Shown piece by piece: positions 7,090 to 14,666 of a stretch of 14,666 bases of DNA (the first letter of the stretch is position 1; every line of letters begins with the position of its first letter). The position numbers and the translations under genes were made by a program. The stretch comes from an uncultured archaeon (GTDB lineage Archaea; Hadarchaeota; Hadarchaeia; Hadarchaeales; WYZ-LMO6). The notes below the pieces were generated by a model that saw nothing but the letters and a program-made list of their open reading frames with translations, ran no database searches and was not told the origin of the DNA. The DNA lies in assembly GCA_938074535.1 (NCBI GenBank), contig CALJER010000044.1, positions 1 through 14,666 on the forward strand. Reading direction: 5' to 3'.

Positions 7090-7368
7090 TCACCCCACTA
7101 TCTCTATCTTCTTGGCCCTGAAGCCCACCCTCGGGTGTGCCTTCCCGCATTCTCCGCACCTCAGGAGGAGGGCCACCTTCTTGGTGGTCTTCGCGAACTT
7201 CCTCTGCTCCGACCTCGGCTGCCCCCCGTACCCCTTCATCACCCTGGCAAACTGTCTCTGGCCCCAGCTCATCGAGCGCGGGGATTTCTTCTTCACCTGG
7301 CTCACGGTGTGCTCCGTGTGCTTCTTGCAGAGGGGACAGTAGGTGCGGATCTTCTTGGGTACCTTCAT
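7090..7368 (-). CDS. rpl44e: 50S ribosomal protein L44e
   Basis: [20 protein letters not shown]...KGYGGQPR...KTTKK...CGECGK. Start ATG 7368. Confidence 0.96.
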   Translation of the reverse strand: MKVPKKIRTYCPLCKKHTEHTVSQVKKKSPRSMSWGQRQFARVMKGYGGQPRSEQRKFAKTTKKVALLLRCGECGKAHPRVGFRAKKIEIVG

Positions 7369-7369
7369 C

Positions 7370-7930
7370 CTATTCCTTCCCAGCCGTGCCAAAAAAGCGT
7401 TTGGGATGGAGCTTTCTGGCGAACCGGTGGGCCACCAGGAGCTCCGCCGTCCCCCTGGGCAGGGAGACGATCTCCCCCTCCTCGAAGGGGCCGTAGTACC
7501 TCAGGTCCTCCCCCACTATCCTGGGAACCTTCCCGAGCACCACCAGAAGCTCGTGGCCGGGCTCGGGCGGGGGGAGTCTTTCCTCCGGCCTGGAGCCCAG
7601 CAGCTCCCCTCTGGCCCTCTCCAGCACCTCCACCAGCTCGGAGAAGAACCGGAGCTCCTCCTCGTCCTGCGAGGACGGCCTTTCCCCTTCAAGCGAAAGC
7701 CTCACCGCCTTGAGGGTTCTGAGGGTGAAGAGCTCGGCCAGGAGGCCCCCCGCCTCCCTGAGTTCCTCCTCCAGCAGCTCCCTCCTCAGCCCCTCGCTCC
7801 TCTCCAGCTCGGCCTGCAGACGAAAGAGGTAGCTCGAAACCCCGGAGTAGAAGCCCCGGGGAAGGGGGGAAAGAGCCCTGGAGGTCCTCTCCTCCAGCCA
7901 TGCCCGTTCAAGCTTTTCCCAGTCCTCCAT
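7370..7930 (-). CDS. DNA replication GINS protein (Gins51-type)
   Basis: Helical A domain (LSPLPRGFYS...LFTLRTLKAV) and C-terminal B domain (IVGEDLRYYGPFEEGEIVSLP...AELLV). Lies between priS and rpl44e. Confidence 0.85.
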   Translation of the reverse strand: MEDWEKLERAWLEERTSRALSPLPRGFYSGVSSYLFRLQAELERSEGLRRELLEEELREAGGLLAELFTLRTLKAVRLSLEGERPSSQDEEELRFFSELVEVLERARGELLGSRPEERLPPPEPGHELLVVLGKVPRIVGEDLRYYGPFEEGEIVSLPRGTAELLVAHRFARKLHPKRFFGTAGKE

Positions 7931-8861
7931 TTCCTCCCTCCCTTACGAACTTGGGGACGGCCTGGTCCAGGGAGAAGCTCTCTATGTCCTTTATGTACAT
8001 GCACTTCATGCTCACCCCGGAGTGCAGGGTGGAGGGAAGCCTGAGGATCCTCTTGACGTCCACCGTGACCCTTCCGTCCACCCAGGAGGAGTTCAGCCTG
8101 GCCAGGAACTCCAGCAGGCGCTCCCCCTTCTCCCCCAGCGTCCTCATCTCCTCCATCCTCCCCCTGCGCAGGGCCTGCAGCACCTCCTCCTTCTTCTGCT
8201 GGATTTTGGCCGCGGCCCTGGGGAAGACCTCCCTCAGCCTCTCCTCCGGCAGACGCTCCAGCGTCCTTGCGGCGAACTCCCTGAAAACCCTGGAGTAACC
8301 CAGGGCGAGGGAGAGGTCCGTGGGAATCACTCCACCCGTGACGTAAGAAACCACCTGGGCCCTCTCGTTCTGCTCCAGTCTGGACACGGGCTCGTCGAGA
8401 ACCCTCAGGTGAAACCCCCTCCCCGAATACGAGAAACGGAGGTCGCGCAGCCCCAGATCGGAGGAGAGCACGTCGGAGAAGAGCATCACCACCCTGCGGG
8501 CCTCCTCCAGGCACTTCTCGCACACACCGCCCTCCCCGCACCCGCAGGGCTTGACGGGCAAATCCTTGGCGTCCACATCGAAGGCCAGCTCGGACTTGAT
8601 CCAGCCGGCCCTCCTGGAGGGATGCTCGTAGAGGGCCACGCTGATGTAGGCGGAGAAGGGGAAGCTCTCCCTCAGGTAGGAGGCCAGCTGCTCCAGGGTG
8701 AGGAACTGCCGGTACCGCTGGCTCGGCCCATTCCCGTCCGGGTCGAAACCGAACTCCCTCAGGGAGAGGGTCTGCTGAACGAAGTCGGGGACCTCATGCC
8801 TGCTCCACTCCTCCCTGTAGAACCTCTTCCTCTCCTCCGGTGTCGCCCTTCTGAACTCCAT
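7908..8861 (-). CDS. priS: DNA primase small (catalytic) subunit
   Basis: REFGFD, ELAFDVDAKD (DxD), zinc knuckle CGC...CEKC, YSGRGFH and DGRVTVDVKRILRLPSTLH. Start ATG 8861 (MEFRRATPEER). Confidence 0.95.
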   Translation of the reverse strand: MEFRRATPEERKRFYREEWSRHEVPDFVQQTLSLREFGFDPDGNGPSQRYRQFLTLEQLASYLRESFPFSAYISVALYEHPSRRAGWIKSELAFDVDAKDLPVKPCGCGEGGVCEKCLEEARRVVMLFSDVLSSDLGLRDLRFSYSGRGFHLRVLDEPVSRLEQNERAQVVSYVTGGVIPTDLSLALGYSRVFREFAARTLERLPEERLREVFPRAAAKIQQKKEEVLQALRRGRMEEMRTLGEKGERLLEFLARLNSSWVDGRVTVDVKRILRLPSTLHSGVSMKCMYIKDIESFSLDQAVPKFVREGGNGGLGKA

Positions 8862-10116
8862 CCCTTCTACCCTCCCAGCGCAGCCGCTTATAGTAGTAGG
8901 TGAGGGGGTTCTTGATGTCCCTGCAAACCTCATCGGGAACGCAGAGGAAGGGTGCGGAGGAGGAAATCTTTCTGCAGTTGGGCGGGCTGTACCACTTGCT
9001 CCTGCCCGAGTCCTCGGGCCTGGGATCCGTCGTCATGCCGAACCCCAGGTGGTAGTAAACGTTGGCCTTCTCCTGGGGCTGGTCCGTGAAGAGGGGGGGA
9101 CGGCACCGCTCGGCGGCCTCGAAGATGAGGGGGATGATCTCCTCCTTCACCGCGGAGAAGCCCTCGGGGAGGTCCCTTATTCTGGTGACCCTCCTGCCCT
9201 GGGGCGGGAGGCGGGCATGGGAGAGGAAGGAGGTGAGCAGAACCGTGATGGCGTAGTTCCTGCCCCCCGAACCCACCCCTCCGAGGGCCCGCTTGACGCA
9301 GGGGGGGAAGAACTCGGGCCTGAGCCTGCCCCTGGGGAGCCTGACCCCCGCTTCCGCCGCCTCCCTGGGCAGAAGGGAGGAGATCCTCTCCCCCACCCTC
9401 ACGAGCACCTCGGGCGGCTTCTTCCCTTCCGAAAAGCGCTCGCAGAGGGAGGCCACGTACTCCTCGCACTTCAGACCCATCAAGCCAGAGAAGAAGTTCC
9501 AGAGCTGGTAGGGCGTCACCACGGCCTTCCCGTCCACCAGGTAGAGATCGGTGAGCTGGACCTTCCCGGCCTTCATCAGGGGGGAGAGGTCCGTCCAGGG
9601 GAGGGAGAACCTGGGCTGGTGCTGGGGCGGGACGGGGTCGGGCGGAATGAGGATGCCAGCCTCCTTCAGGCTCGAGTTCCTTACCGAGAAGAGGTCCCCC
9701 CTGGGGATTCTCCTCGCGAGCTCGCCCAGCTCCGAGACCCTCAGGTACCTGCGAATTACCTCCAGACACGGACCCTCGTACCCACGCGTGAAAAGATGGT
9801 AGAGCCTGTACCTCACCCCCTCCTCCGTTTTCTCCCCTGCCAGCCTGACCTCCCTGGAATAGGGATAGGAAACGGCGGCCAGGCCCTGGCACATGAGGAA
9901 GAAGGAGAGGACCTCCCTTCTCACCTCCTCCAGGCTGAAGCCCACCACCATCTCCGCCCCCGTCCTCCAGCGAAGCCTCTCCACCGCCCTTTCCACCACC
10001 TCCTCAGGAAGGGAGGAGAGGGGCGGGGAGGAACGGACGAGCTCCCTGGCCTCCGGGGAGAAGAAATCCAGAACGGCCGGGTATTCCGGTAGGGGGAACA
10101 TCTCCTCCCGGCTCAC
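8794..10116 (-). CDS. priL: DNA primase large subunit
   Basis: LDFFSPEARELV, Fe-S domain FFPPCVKRALGGVGSGGRNYAITVLLTSFL, WYSPPNCRKI, LCxPDEVC and IKNPLTYY. Adjacent to priS. Confidence 0.92.
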   Translation of the reverse strand: MSREEMFPLPEYPAVLDFFSPEARELVRSSPPLSSLPEEVVERAVERLRWRTGAEMVVGFSLEEVRREVLSFFLMCQGLAAVSYPYSREVRLAGEKTEEGVRYRLYHLFTRGYEGPCLEVIRRYLRVSELGELARRIPRGDLFSVRNSSLKEAGILIPPDPVPPQHQPRFSLPWTDLSPLMKAGKVQLTDLYLVDGKAVVTPYQLWNFFSGLMGLKCEEYVASLCERFSEGKKPPEVLVRVGERISSLLPREAAEAGVRLPRGRLRPEFFPPCVKRALGGVGSGGRNYAITVLLTSFLSHARLPPQGRRVTRIRDLPEGFSAVKEEIIPLIFEAAERCRPPLFTDQPQEKANVYYHLGFGMTTDPRPEDSGRSKWYSPPNCRKISSSAPFLCVPDEVCRDIKNPLTYYYKRLRWEGRRDGVQKGDTGGEEEVLQGGVEQA

Positions 10117-10868
10117 TCCAGTTCGATCCTCGGGGCCAGGATGAAGCTGAGGCTGCCCCTTCCACCCGCTATGCGCAGGTCCAGCTTCACGGGCAGGTCC
10201 TCCCCCAGGTGGACGGTGACCACGTCCTTGGGGTCGGCGGCCTTCAGCATGTCGGAGAGGTATTTCACGTTGAACATGGAAGAGCAGGAGCGCTCAAGCT
10301 TCAGCTTGGGCATGGCGGCGCTCCCCTTCTCCAGCCTCAGCTCCGCCGATTTCCCATCACCCTCCGCATGCATGAAGAATCCCTCCTCCGTTACCCTGAA
10401 GCGAACGTTCTCCCCCACCGTCTCGGAGTCCCTCAGGCCGTCCTGCAGCACCTCGGCCATCACCTCCACGAGGGCTGTGAACTGAAGCCTGGGTTCGGGG
10501 AGCTCGCTCTCCCTCAGGTCGAGGAGGGGGAGGCTGAACTTCCTGCTGGAGGTACCCCTGAAGGTGACCAGAAGCCTGTTCTTCTCCTCGTCGTGCTCCA
10601 TCACCAGGGCATCGTCGCTCTTGGCCCTGGACAGGACCCTGTTCAGCTCCGTGAGGGAGAGGCCCAGCCCCAGGGGCTTGGAGACCCTGTACTCCTCGAA
10701 GGCTGACGACGGAAGCCTGAAGTCCACCAGAGCCACGTGGGAGGGATCCATGGCCCTCATGCTCACCCCCTCCTGGGTAAACCTGAAGTGGGCCTCCTCC
10801 AGCAGGTTGACTATGGCCCCCATGCATGTCTTCCAGACCTTGGTGTCCGACATCCTGACGGTCAGCAT
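10113..10868 (-). CDS. pcn: DNA polymerase sliding clamp PCNA
   Basis: MRAMDPSHVALVD, SMFNVKYL, LGEDLPVKL and C-terminal FILAPRIE. SD GGTGA lies 4 nt before the ATG. Confidence 0.96.
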   Translation of the reverse strand: MLTVRMSDTKVWKTCMGAIVNLLEEAHFRFTQEGVSMRAMDPSHVALVDFRLPSSAFEEYRVSKPLGLGLSLTELNRVLSRAKSDDALVMEHDEEKNRLLVTFRGTSSRKFSLPLLDLRESELPEPRLQFTALVEVMAEVLQDGLRDSETVGENVRFRVTEEGFFMHAEGDGKSAELRLEKGSAAMPKLKLERSCSSMFNVKYLSDMLKAADPKDVVTVHLGEDLPVKLDLRIAGGRGSLSFILAPRIELE

Positions 10869-10872
10869 GCTC

Positions 10873-11220
10873 TCACCCTACTTCCTCCTCCAGCTTTTTT
10901 ACCTCTTCCATCACCCTCCGGTACAGCTCGAAGTCCAGCCCGTCCACCCTCTGCACGATTTCCGCCTCCATCTCCTTTCCCCCCCTCTCGACGGAAAAGG
11001 TGGGCCTGCCGAAGATCCTCACCTTGGAACCCACTTCCACCCCCTCGAACATCCCCTCCTTTTCGGGGAAGACGGTAAGGGTCCCGGAGCCGTCGTCCAG
11101 CACTATCTCGGAAGCCCTTTTCTCCACCACCACACCCATCACCTTCACCCACTCCTCCCCCTCCCTGAGCTCTGCTATCCTGCGGTAGGGTGCCGCCTTC
11201 CTCCTCCTGGGCTCCTCCAT
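10873..11220 (-). CDS. Single OB-fold protein resembling the small RPA subunit (RPA14/Rpa3-like)
   Basis: RRRKAAPYRRIAEL...VKVMGVVV...LDDGSG...VGSKVRIFGR...AEIVQ..DGLDFELY plus a C-terminal helix, similar in pattern to Thermococcales RPA14. ATG 11220 follows GGTGA-GGGG. Confidence 0.75.
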   Translation of the reverse strand: MEEPRRRKAAPYRRIAELREGEEWVKVMGVVVEKRASEIVLDDGSGTLTVFPEKEGMFEGVEVGSKVRIFGRPTFSVERGGKEMEAEIVQRVDGLDFELYRRVMEEVKKLEEEVG

Positions 11221-11228
11221 CCCCTCAC

Positions 11229-11552
11229 CTACGCATACTCCCTCCAGGTGTTTCCGCACCTGGTGCACCTGTAGAACCTGGTGGAAGGCTCATCCGCGCT
11301 CCTGGTCTGCCTCATCCACCAGTACGCCCTGTCGTTACCGCACTTGGGGCACTTGGCCTTGGTGGTGGGCAGGGTGGAGGGCTCCTCCTCTATCACCACC
11401 ACCTCCCCCTTCTCCTCCACCTTCCTCACCACCCTGTACTCAGATCCCTCCGCCCTCTCCTCCTTCCCGCAGAGCTGGCACACCAGCACTCCCTCTTCCC
11501 CTGGCTTCGGAACCAGAAGCCCCCCGCACCTGCAGAACCTCAATGTCCCCAA
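11229..11552 (-). CDS. tfs: Transcription factor S (TFS, RpoM family)
   Basis: C-terminal CPKCGN...QTRSADEPSTRFYRCTRCGNTWREY with the catalytic DE pair. Start is TTG 11552 or 11543. Confidence 0.95.
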   Translation of the reverse strand: MGTLRFCRCGGLLVPKPGEEGVLVCQLCGKEERAEGSEYRVVRKVEEKGEVVVIEEEPSTLPTTKAKCPKCGNDRAYWWMRQTRSADEPSTRFYRCTRCGNTWREYA

Positions 11553-11573
11553 GCCGACTTTTCAGAAGGGGGA

Positions 11574-11587
11574 TTCAAATAGCTTTC
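11574..11587 (-). promoter_or_regulatory. Putative internal promoter (BRE-TATA) upstream of tfs
   Basis: Minus strand GAAAGC-TATTTGAA in the largest intergenic gap of the superoperon (35 nt), about 22 nt upstream of TTG 11552. Confidence 0.45.
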
Positions 11588-12094
11588 TCAGCCCTGCGTC
11601 CACACCGAAAGGGACAGCCAGCCCAGGTTGGGCACCACCGCCACCACCTTCCCCCTCACCCTCTCGAACGAAACAGGAAAATCAGCACTGGCATTGGCAT
11701 CACCCTTCATCAAGAGCACGCTGCCGTTGTCCAGGAAAGCCAGCACTCTGTGGACCACCGGCATCAGGTTGGGACCACGCTGGTACACCACCACATCGCC
11801 GACCTTCAGCTCGGAGGGGGAGCCGACCCCCCTCACCACCACCAGGTCCCCCTTCTCGAATCCCCCCTGAAGGGGGAAGGTGTAGGTGTTCTCCCCCCTC
11901 TCCTCGTAGACGGTCCTCCAGCCCTCGCCGTCATGCCTCATGCTGTTCGAGACCACGGGCATGAGGGGGGTTTCAGAGTTGAGGGAGAGCATGAGGGCGC
12001 CCTGAAAGGCGAAGTAGAGGAAACCCAGCAGGAGGAGGAAGGAAAGCAGGGAGTAGAGGGGCTCCCTGACGGGGGCGGAAAGCAGCCGCTTCAT
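11588..12094 (-). CDS. Signal peptidase I (archaeal/ER Sec11-type)
   Basis: N-terminal TM helix, VVSNSM (catalytic Ser), GDLVVV, PVVHRV (catalytic His), KGDAN...D and C-terminal VRGKVVAVVPNLGW. Confidence 0.88.
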   Translation of the reverse strand: MKRLLSAPVREPLYSLLSFLLLLGFLYFAFQGALMLSLNSETPLMPVVSNSMRHDGEGWRTVYEERGENTYTFPLQGGFEKGDLVVVRGVGSPSELKVGDVVVYQRGPNLMPVVHRVLAFLDNGSVLLMKGDANASADFPVSFERVRGKVVAVVPNLGWLSLSVWTQG

Positions 12095-12694
12095 TCAATC
12101 CCCTCCTTCGCCTTCCCCCCTGCTTATGCCGGCGGCTATGAGGTGGGCCAGTCTGAGGGGCTCCGGCATCAGCCCGTGCTTCACCGTCCTCCTGAGAACC
12201 TCCTCCGCATCCTCCTTCCTCATGCCGCACAGCTGCAGGAAGATCCTCCCTCCCCCCATCTTCACCCTATGGATCCTGCCCGCGCCCTTCATCCTTTTCC
12301 ACCTCTCCCTCCAGTCCGGGAGATGCCTGAGGGCCCTCTCCACCTTTTTGAGATCGGGCTTCCTCCTGGTCACCACCAGCACGGGAAGGGCCGTGCGCTC
12401 GAAGATCTCCCTCACGTCGAGAACGTTGAAACCCGCCACCGTTATCCCCTCGCTCATCACCACCCGAAGCTGGTCCCTGTGCCTGCTCCTGTTGATCATC
12501 TCCACCACCCTGTCGGTGGCGTCCATCCCATCCTTCTCCACGGTGGTGCTGAGCACCCCCTCCAGCTGCTCCCCTCCCCTCATCACCACACCCACCAGCA
12601 GCACCCTCTCCCCCCTCCTGGGTCTGAAGGAACCGTCGTCGATCCCCAGCACCCTTATCTCCGGTTTGATTTTCCAGAACTTCACGCACTTCAA
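12095..12694 (-). CDS. DUF99/UPF0215 family protein (endonuclease V-like fold)
   Basis: IKPEIRVLGIDDG, DGMDATD, GITVAGFNVLD and PEPLRLAHLIA. Confidence 0.88.
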   Translation of the reverse strand: MKCVKFWKIKPEIRVLGIDDGSFRPRRGERVLLVGVVMRGGEQLEGVLSTTVEKDGMDATDRVVEMINRSRHRDQLRVVMSEGITVAGFNVLDVREIFERTALPVLVVTRRKPDLKKVERALRHLPDWRERWKRMKGAGRIHRVKMGGGRIFLQLCGMRKEDAEEVLRRTVKHGLMPEPLRLAHLIAAGISRGEGEGGD

Positions 12695-12984
12695 GAGGGC
12701 ACCTTGAAGTTCTCGAGCTCAGCCTTGAACTTGCCTTCCAGCTCCTCCAGCTTCTTTCCCAGCCTGTTCAGGGCCTTCAGAAGGGCTTCCTCCGGTCTTC
12801 CCCTTTTCACCCTCACGTAGAACTCCGGATGGGAAAGAAGGGGGTGCTCGATCCTGTAGGCTGCCGCCTCCACGTTCTCGTCCTCGTACATCGCCTTCCT
12901 CAGGAGGTTGCAGAGGGTGTGGTCCTCCCCCACCACCCTGAACCTGAGGGTTCTGCCCTCCCTCTGGACCTCTTCTATCTTCAC
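12691..12984 (-). CDS. rpoL: DNA-directed RNA polymerase subunit L (Rpo11)
   Basis: GEDHTLCNLLR and AAYRIEHPL. GTG 12984 overlaps the upstream stop (GTGA). Confidence 0.95.
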   Translation of the reverse strand: MKIEEVQREGRTLRFRVVGEDHTLCNLLRKAMYEDENVEAAAYRIEHPLLSHPEFYVRVKRGRPEEALLKALNRLGKKLEELEGKFKAELENFKVPS

Positions 12985-13193
12985 TCCTCTCCCCCCTCCC
13001 ACCTTCTGAGCATCTCCCCTATTTCTTCTCTGGCCCTCCTTATTTCTTCCCTGGAGCCCCTTATTCCGACCGTAACGTGGGTCCCCCTCGCTTCCGCCTC
13101 CATCTCGTACTCCAGCCCGCCCAGCATGCGCATGAACTCCACCGCCTTTGAAGGGTCCCTCAGCACCAGGGTGAAGACCCTCCTGACCCTCAC
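12981..13193 (-). CDS. Small (70 aa) protein resembling the N-terminal domain of the DUF2067 family
   Basis: MRVRRVFTLVLRDPSKAVEFMRML...VTVGIRGSREEIRRAREEI. GTG start overlaps the csl4 stop (GTGA). DUF2067 genes normally sit between csl4 and rpoL. Confidence 0.6.
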   Translation of the reverse strand: MRVRRVFTLVLRDPSKAVEFMRMLGGLEYEMEAEARGTHVTVGIRGSREEIRRAREEIGEMLRRWEGGEE

Positions 13194-13783
13194 TCCCCCC
13201 AAGGCTCTCCCCTTCCGTAGTCGCTCGCCAGCTTCCTGAACTCCACCCTCTTGCAGATGGGACACCTGAGCTTCCCCATCTTGGAGTTCTCGACCTTGAG
13301 GGGGGTGTTGCAGTTGAAGCACTTGGCCAGGATCACACCCAGATCATCCTCGGTGGTGGAGAGCTGGACCATCTCCCTGCCCACCTCCCCCACCTTTGCC
13401 CGCACGATGTCCCCCACCCTGAACTTTCTCTCCAGGTCCTTCACGTACCCCTTGCTCACCCTTGAAACGTGGATCACACCCAGCTTGGGAGGGGGCAGCT
13501 GCCTGCCCTCGCTCCCCCGGAGGCTCTCTATGGTCACCTCCGCCTTCTGGGGTGTCACATCCTCCACCTCCCCCAGCACGATGTCCCCCCTCTTCAGGAC
13601 GGGGGGGAAGCTCTTGGGAATCACCGAGATCTTCCTCGTCCTCAAATCCACCAGCACCAGCCCGGCACAGGAGGAGTACACCTTTCCCCCTTCCTCGTAC
13701 GCCCCTTCCCCGGGCAGGAACTCCTCCACCGTGGAAAGGAAGGTCCCGGGCACCACGAAGCTTCCCGTCCTTATCTCCTCCAT
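13190..13783 (-). CDS. csl4: Exosome complex RNA-binding protein Csl4
   Basis: FVVPGTFLSTVEEFLPGEGAYE, S1 domain (IHVSRV...FRVGDIVRAKV), DLGVILAKC and zinc ribbon CxxC...CPxC...RKLA. Start is ATG 13783 or GTG 13792. Confidence 0.95.
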   Translation of the reverse strand: MEEIRTGSFVVPGTFLSTVEEFLPGEGAYEEGGKVYSSCAGLVLVDLRTRKISVIPKSFPPVLKRGDIVLGEVEDVTPQKAEVTIESLRGSEGRQLPPPKLGVIHVSRVSKGYVKDLERKFRVGDIVRAKVGEVGREMVQLSTTEDDLGVILAKCFNCNTPLKVENSKMGKLRCPICKRVEFRKLASDYGRGEPWGE

Positions 13784-13810
13784 GGCCACCACCTACCTTG
13801 CGGCCGTGAG

Positions 13811-14665
13811 TTAAAAATCACTCGCCTCCACCGAGTCCAGCCTGTAGCCCTCCCCCTCCCCCAGTAGAAGGAGGAGCTCGGGAGGGGTGAGGACGGGGAG
13901 CTCGAACCTCAGGGCGTCGTCCAGGGGTATCCTCGGACAGGCGGCGCAGACGGCTGCTTCCAGCTCCAGCTCCTGCAGGGCCTCCGGCCTTATTTCGTCG
14001 GCCACCACCCTCACCACCTTCTTTCCTGCCTTTCTGAGTTTCTCGCACAGGACTTCAGCCAGCCTGAACCTGGCCTGGCCCGGCTTGGTGCTCACCACCA
14101 CCCCGAAGAGGGAGCCCCCAGCCGCCCTGGCCATCACTCCCCTCCTGCTCCTCAGGAAGTCCTCCGCGGAAGTCATTCTCTCCCGGCGCCCGCTCAGGGG
14201 ATCCACCGCCAGAACGGGCTTGCCCGTGGCGAGGTGCACGCCCATCGGATGAAATCTCCCCGTCCCAAAGTAGAGAAACCAGTCAACCTCCTTCGACACC
14301 GAAAGGGCGGAAGCGAGGTCGCAGCCCAGTACCTGTCCCCCGTACCTGGTCCTGGCACCTGGCCCCCCCACCAGCGGAAGAAAGCCGCGGGAGGCGAGTG
14401 CTTCCAGCACCTGCGGCAGGAAACCCACATGCTGGACAGTGGTGACCACTCCCACCCTCCCGCGCTCCTCCCCCTCGACCGCTCTCACGACCTGCTCCAC
14501 CGGGTCCACCCTCATCCTTGCCTCCACGAAGAGGACGGGGAGGGAAGAGGGAAGGCCCATATCCGAGTGGCCGTAGTGCAGCAGTGCCTCCGCCCCCACC
14601 CTCCTGGCCCCCTCCTCCGCCAGGTCACAGGCACCGTAGCAGCTCCCCCCCAGGAAGACCGCCTC
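13811..14665 (-). CDS. dph2: Diphthamide biosynthesis enzyme Dph2; 5' end lies outside the window
   Basis: Frame is open to the window end (EAVFLGGSCYGACDLA...HYGHS). Three Fe-S cysteines in GACD, GQVLGC and ACPR; also GRFH and STKPGQ. Confidence 0.95.
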   Translation of the reverse strand, partial: EAVFLGGSCYGACDLAEEGARRVGAEALLHYGHSDMGLPSSLPVLFVEARMRVDPVEQVVRAVEGEERGRVGVVTTVQHVGFLPQVLEALASRGFLPLVGGPGARTRYGGQVLGCDLASALSVSKEVDWFLYFGTGRFHPMGVHLATGKPVLAVDPLSGRRERMTSAEDFLRSRRGVMARAAGGSLFGVVVSTKPGQARFRLAEVLCEKLRKAGKKVVRVVADEIRPEALQELELEAAVCAACPRIPLDDALRFELPVLTPPELLLLLGEGEGYRLDSVEASDF

Positions 14666-14666
14666 C

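Noticed and set aside
11543-12820. Long plus-strand ORFs (425 aa here; also 9049-10092, 8022-8903, 6080-7006 and others) and alternate-frame minus-strand ORFs
   Set aside because: Shadow frames of well-supported genes in GC-rich DNA, with low-complexity H/P/L/Q- or G/R-rich translations and no motifs.
13194-13322. ORF-track N-terminal extensions (13322, 11268, 8933, 7392, 6964, 5984, 13002, 3777)
   Set aside because: Nearly all overlap upstream genes (3777 extends only into intergenic DNA) and add non-homologous sequence. Downstream starts have SD motifs or stop/start coupling.
1-14666. CRISPR arrays, IS elements, tRNA/rRNA genes, inteins
   Set aside because: No regularly spaced repeats, transposase ORFs, cloverleaf-like segments or oversized proteins were seen, and intergenic space is minimal.

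Overview
GC-rich, gene-dense archaeal chromosome segment of euryarchaeal type. PriL, RPA14 and DUF2067 resemble Thermococci proteins, so a Hadarchaea/Thermococci-related thermophile is a low-confidence guess. Positions 4643-14666 carry one long minus-strand information-processing superoperon: dph2, csl4, short DUF2067-like, rpoL, DUF99, signal peptidase I, tfs, RPA14-like OB protein, pcna, priL, priS, gins51, rpl44e, rps27e, aIF2-alpha, nop10, PAC2 and an RHH regulator. The left part holds the 3' end of a LeuA/CimA synthase, a SatP/YaaH acetate transporter, hsp20, a stand-alone FMN glutamate-synthase-like gene and nadE. Three things are missing from the ORF track. (1) A box C/D guide sRNA at 2061-2127 whose D guide predicts 2'-O-methylation of 16S rRNA C1402 (U43/snR70-like); it is transcribed back-to-back with hsp20 from a palindrome-rich promoter region. 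(2) The rps27e gene at 6897-7085. (3) Apparent CTG start codons for rps27e and the RHH gene, each 4 nt after a GGTGA Shine-Dalgarno that contains the upstream gene's stop codon. No mobile element, CRISPR array, tRNA or rRNA was seen. All family assignments come from motif recognition, not database searches.
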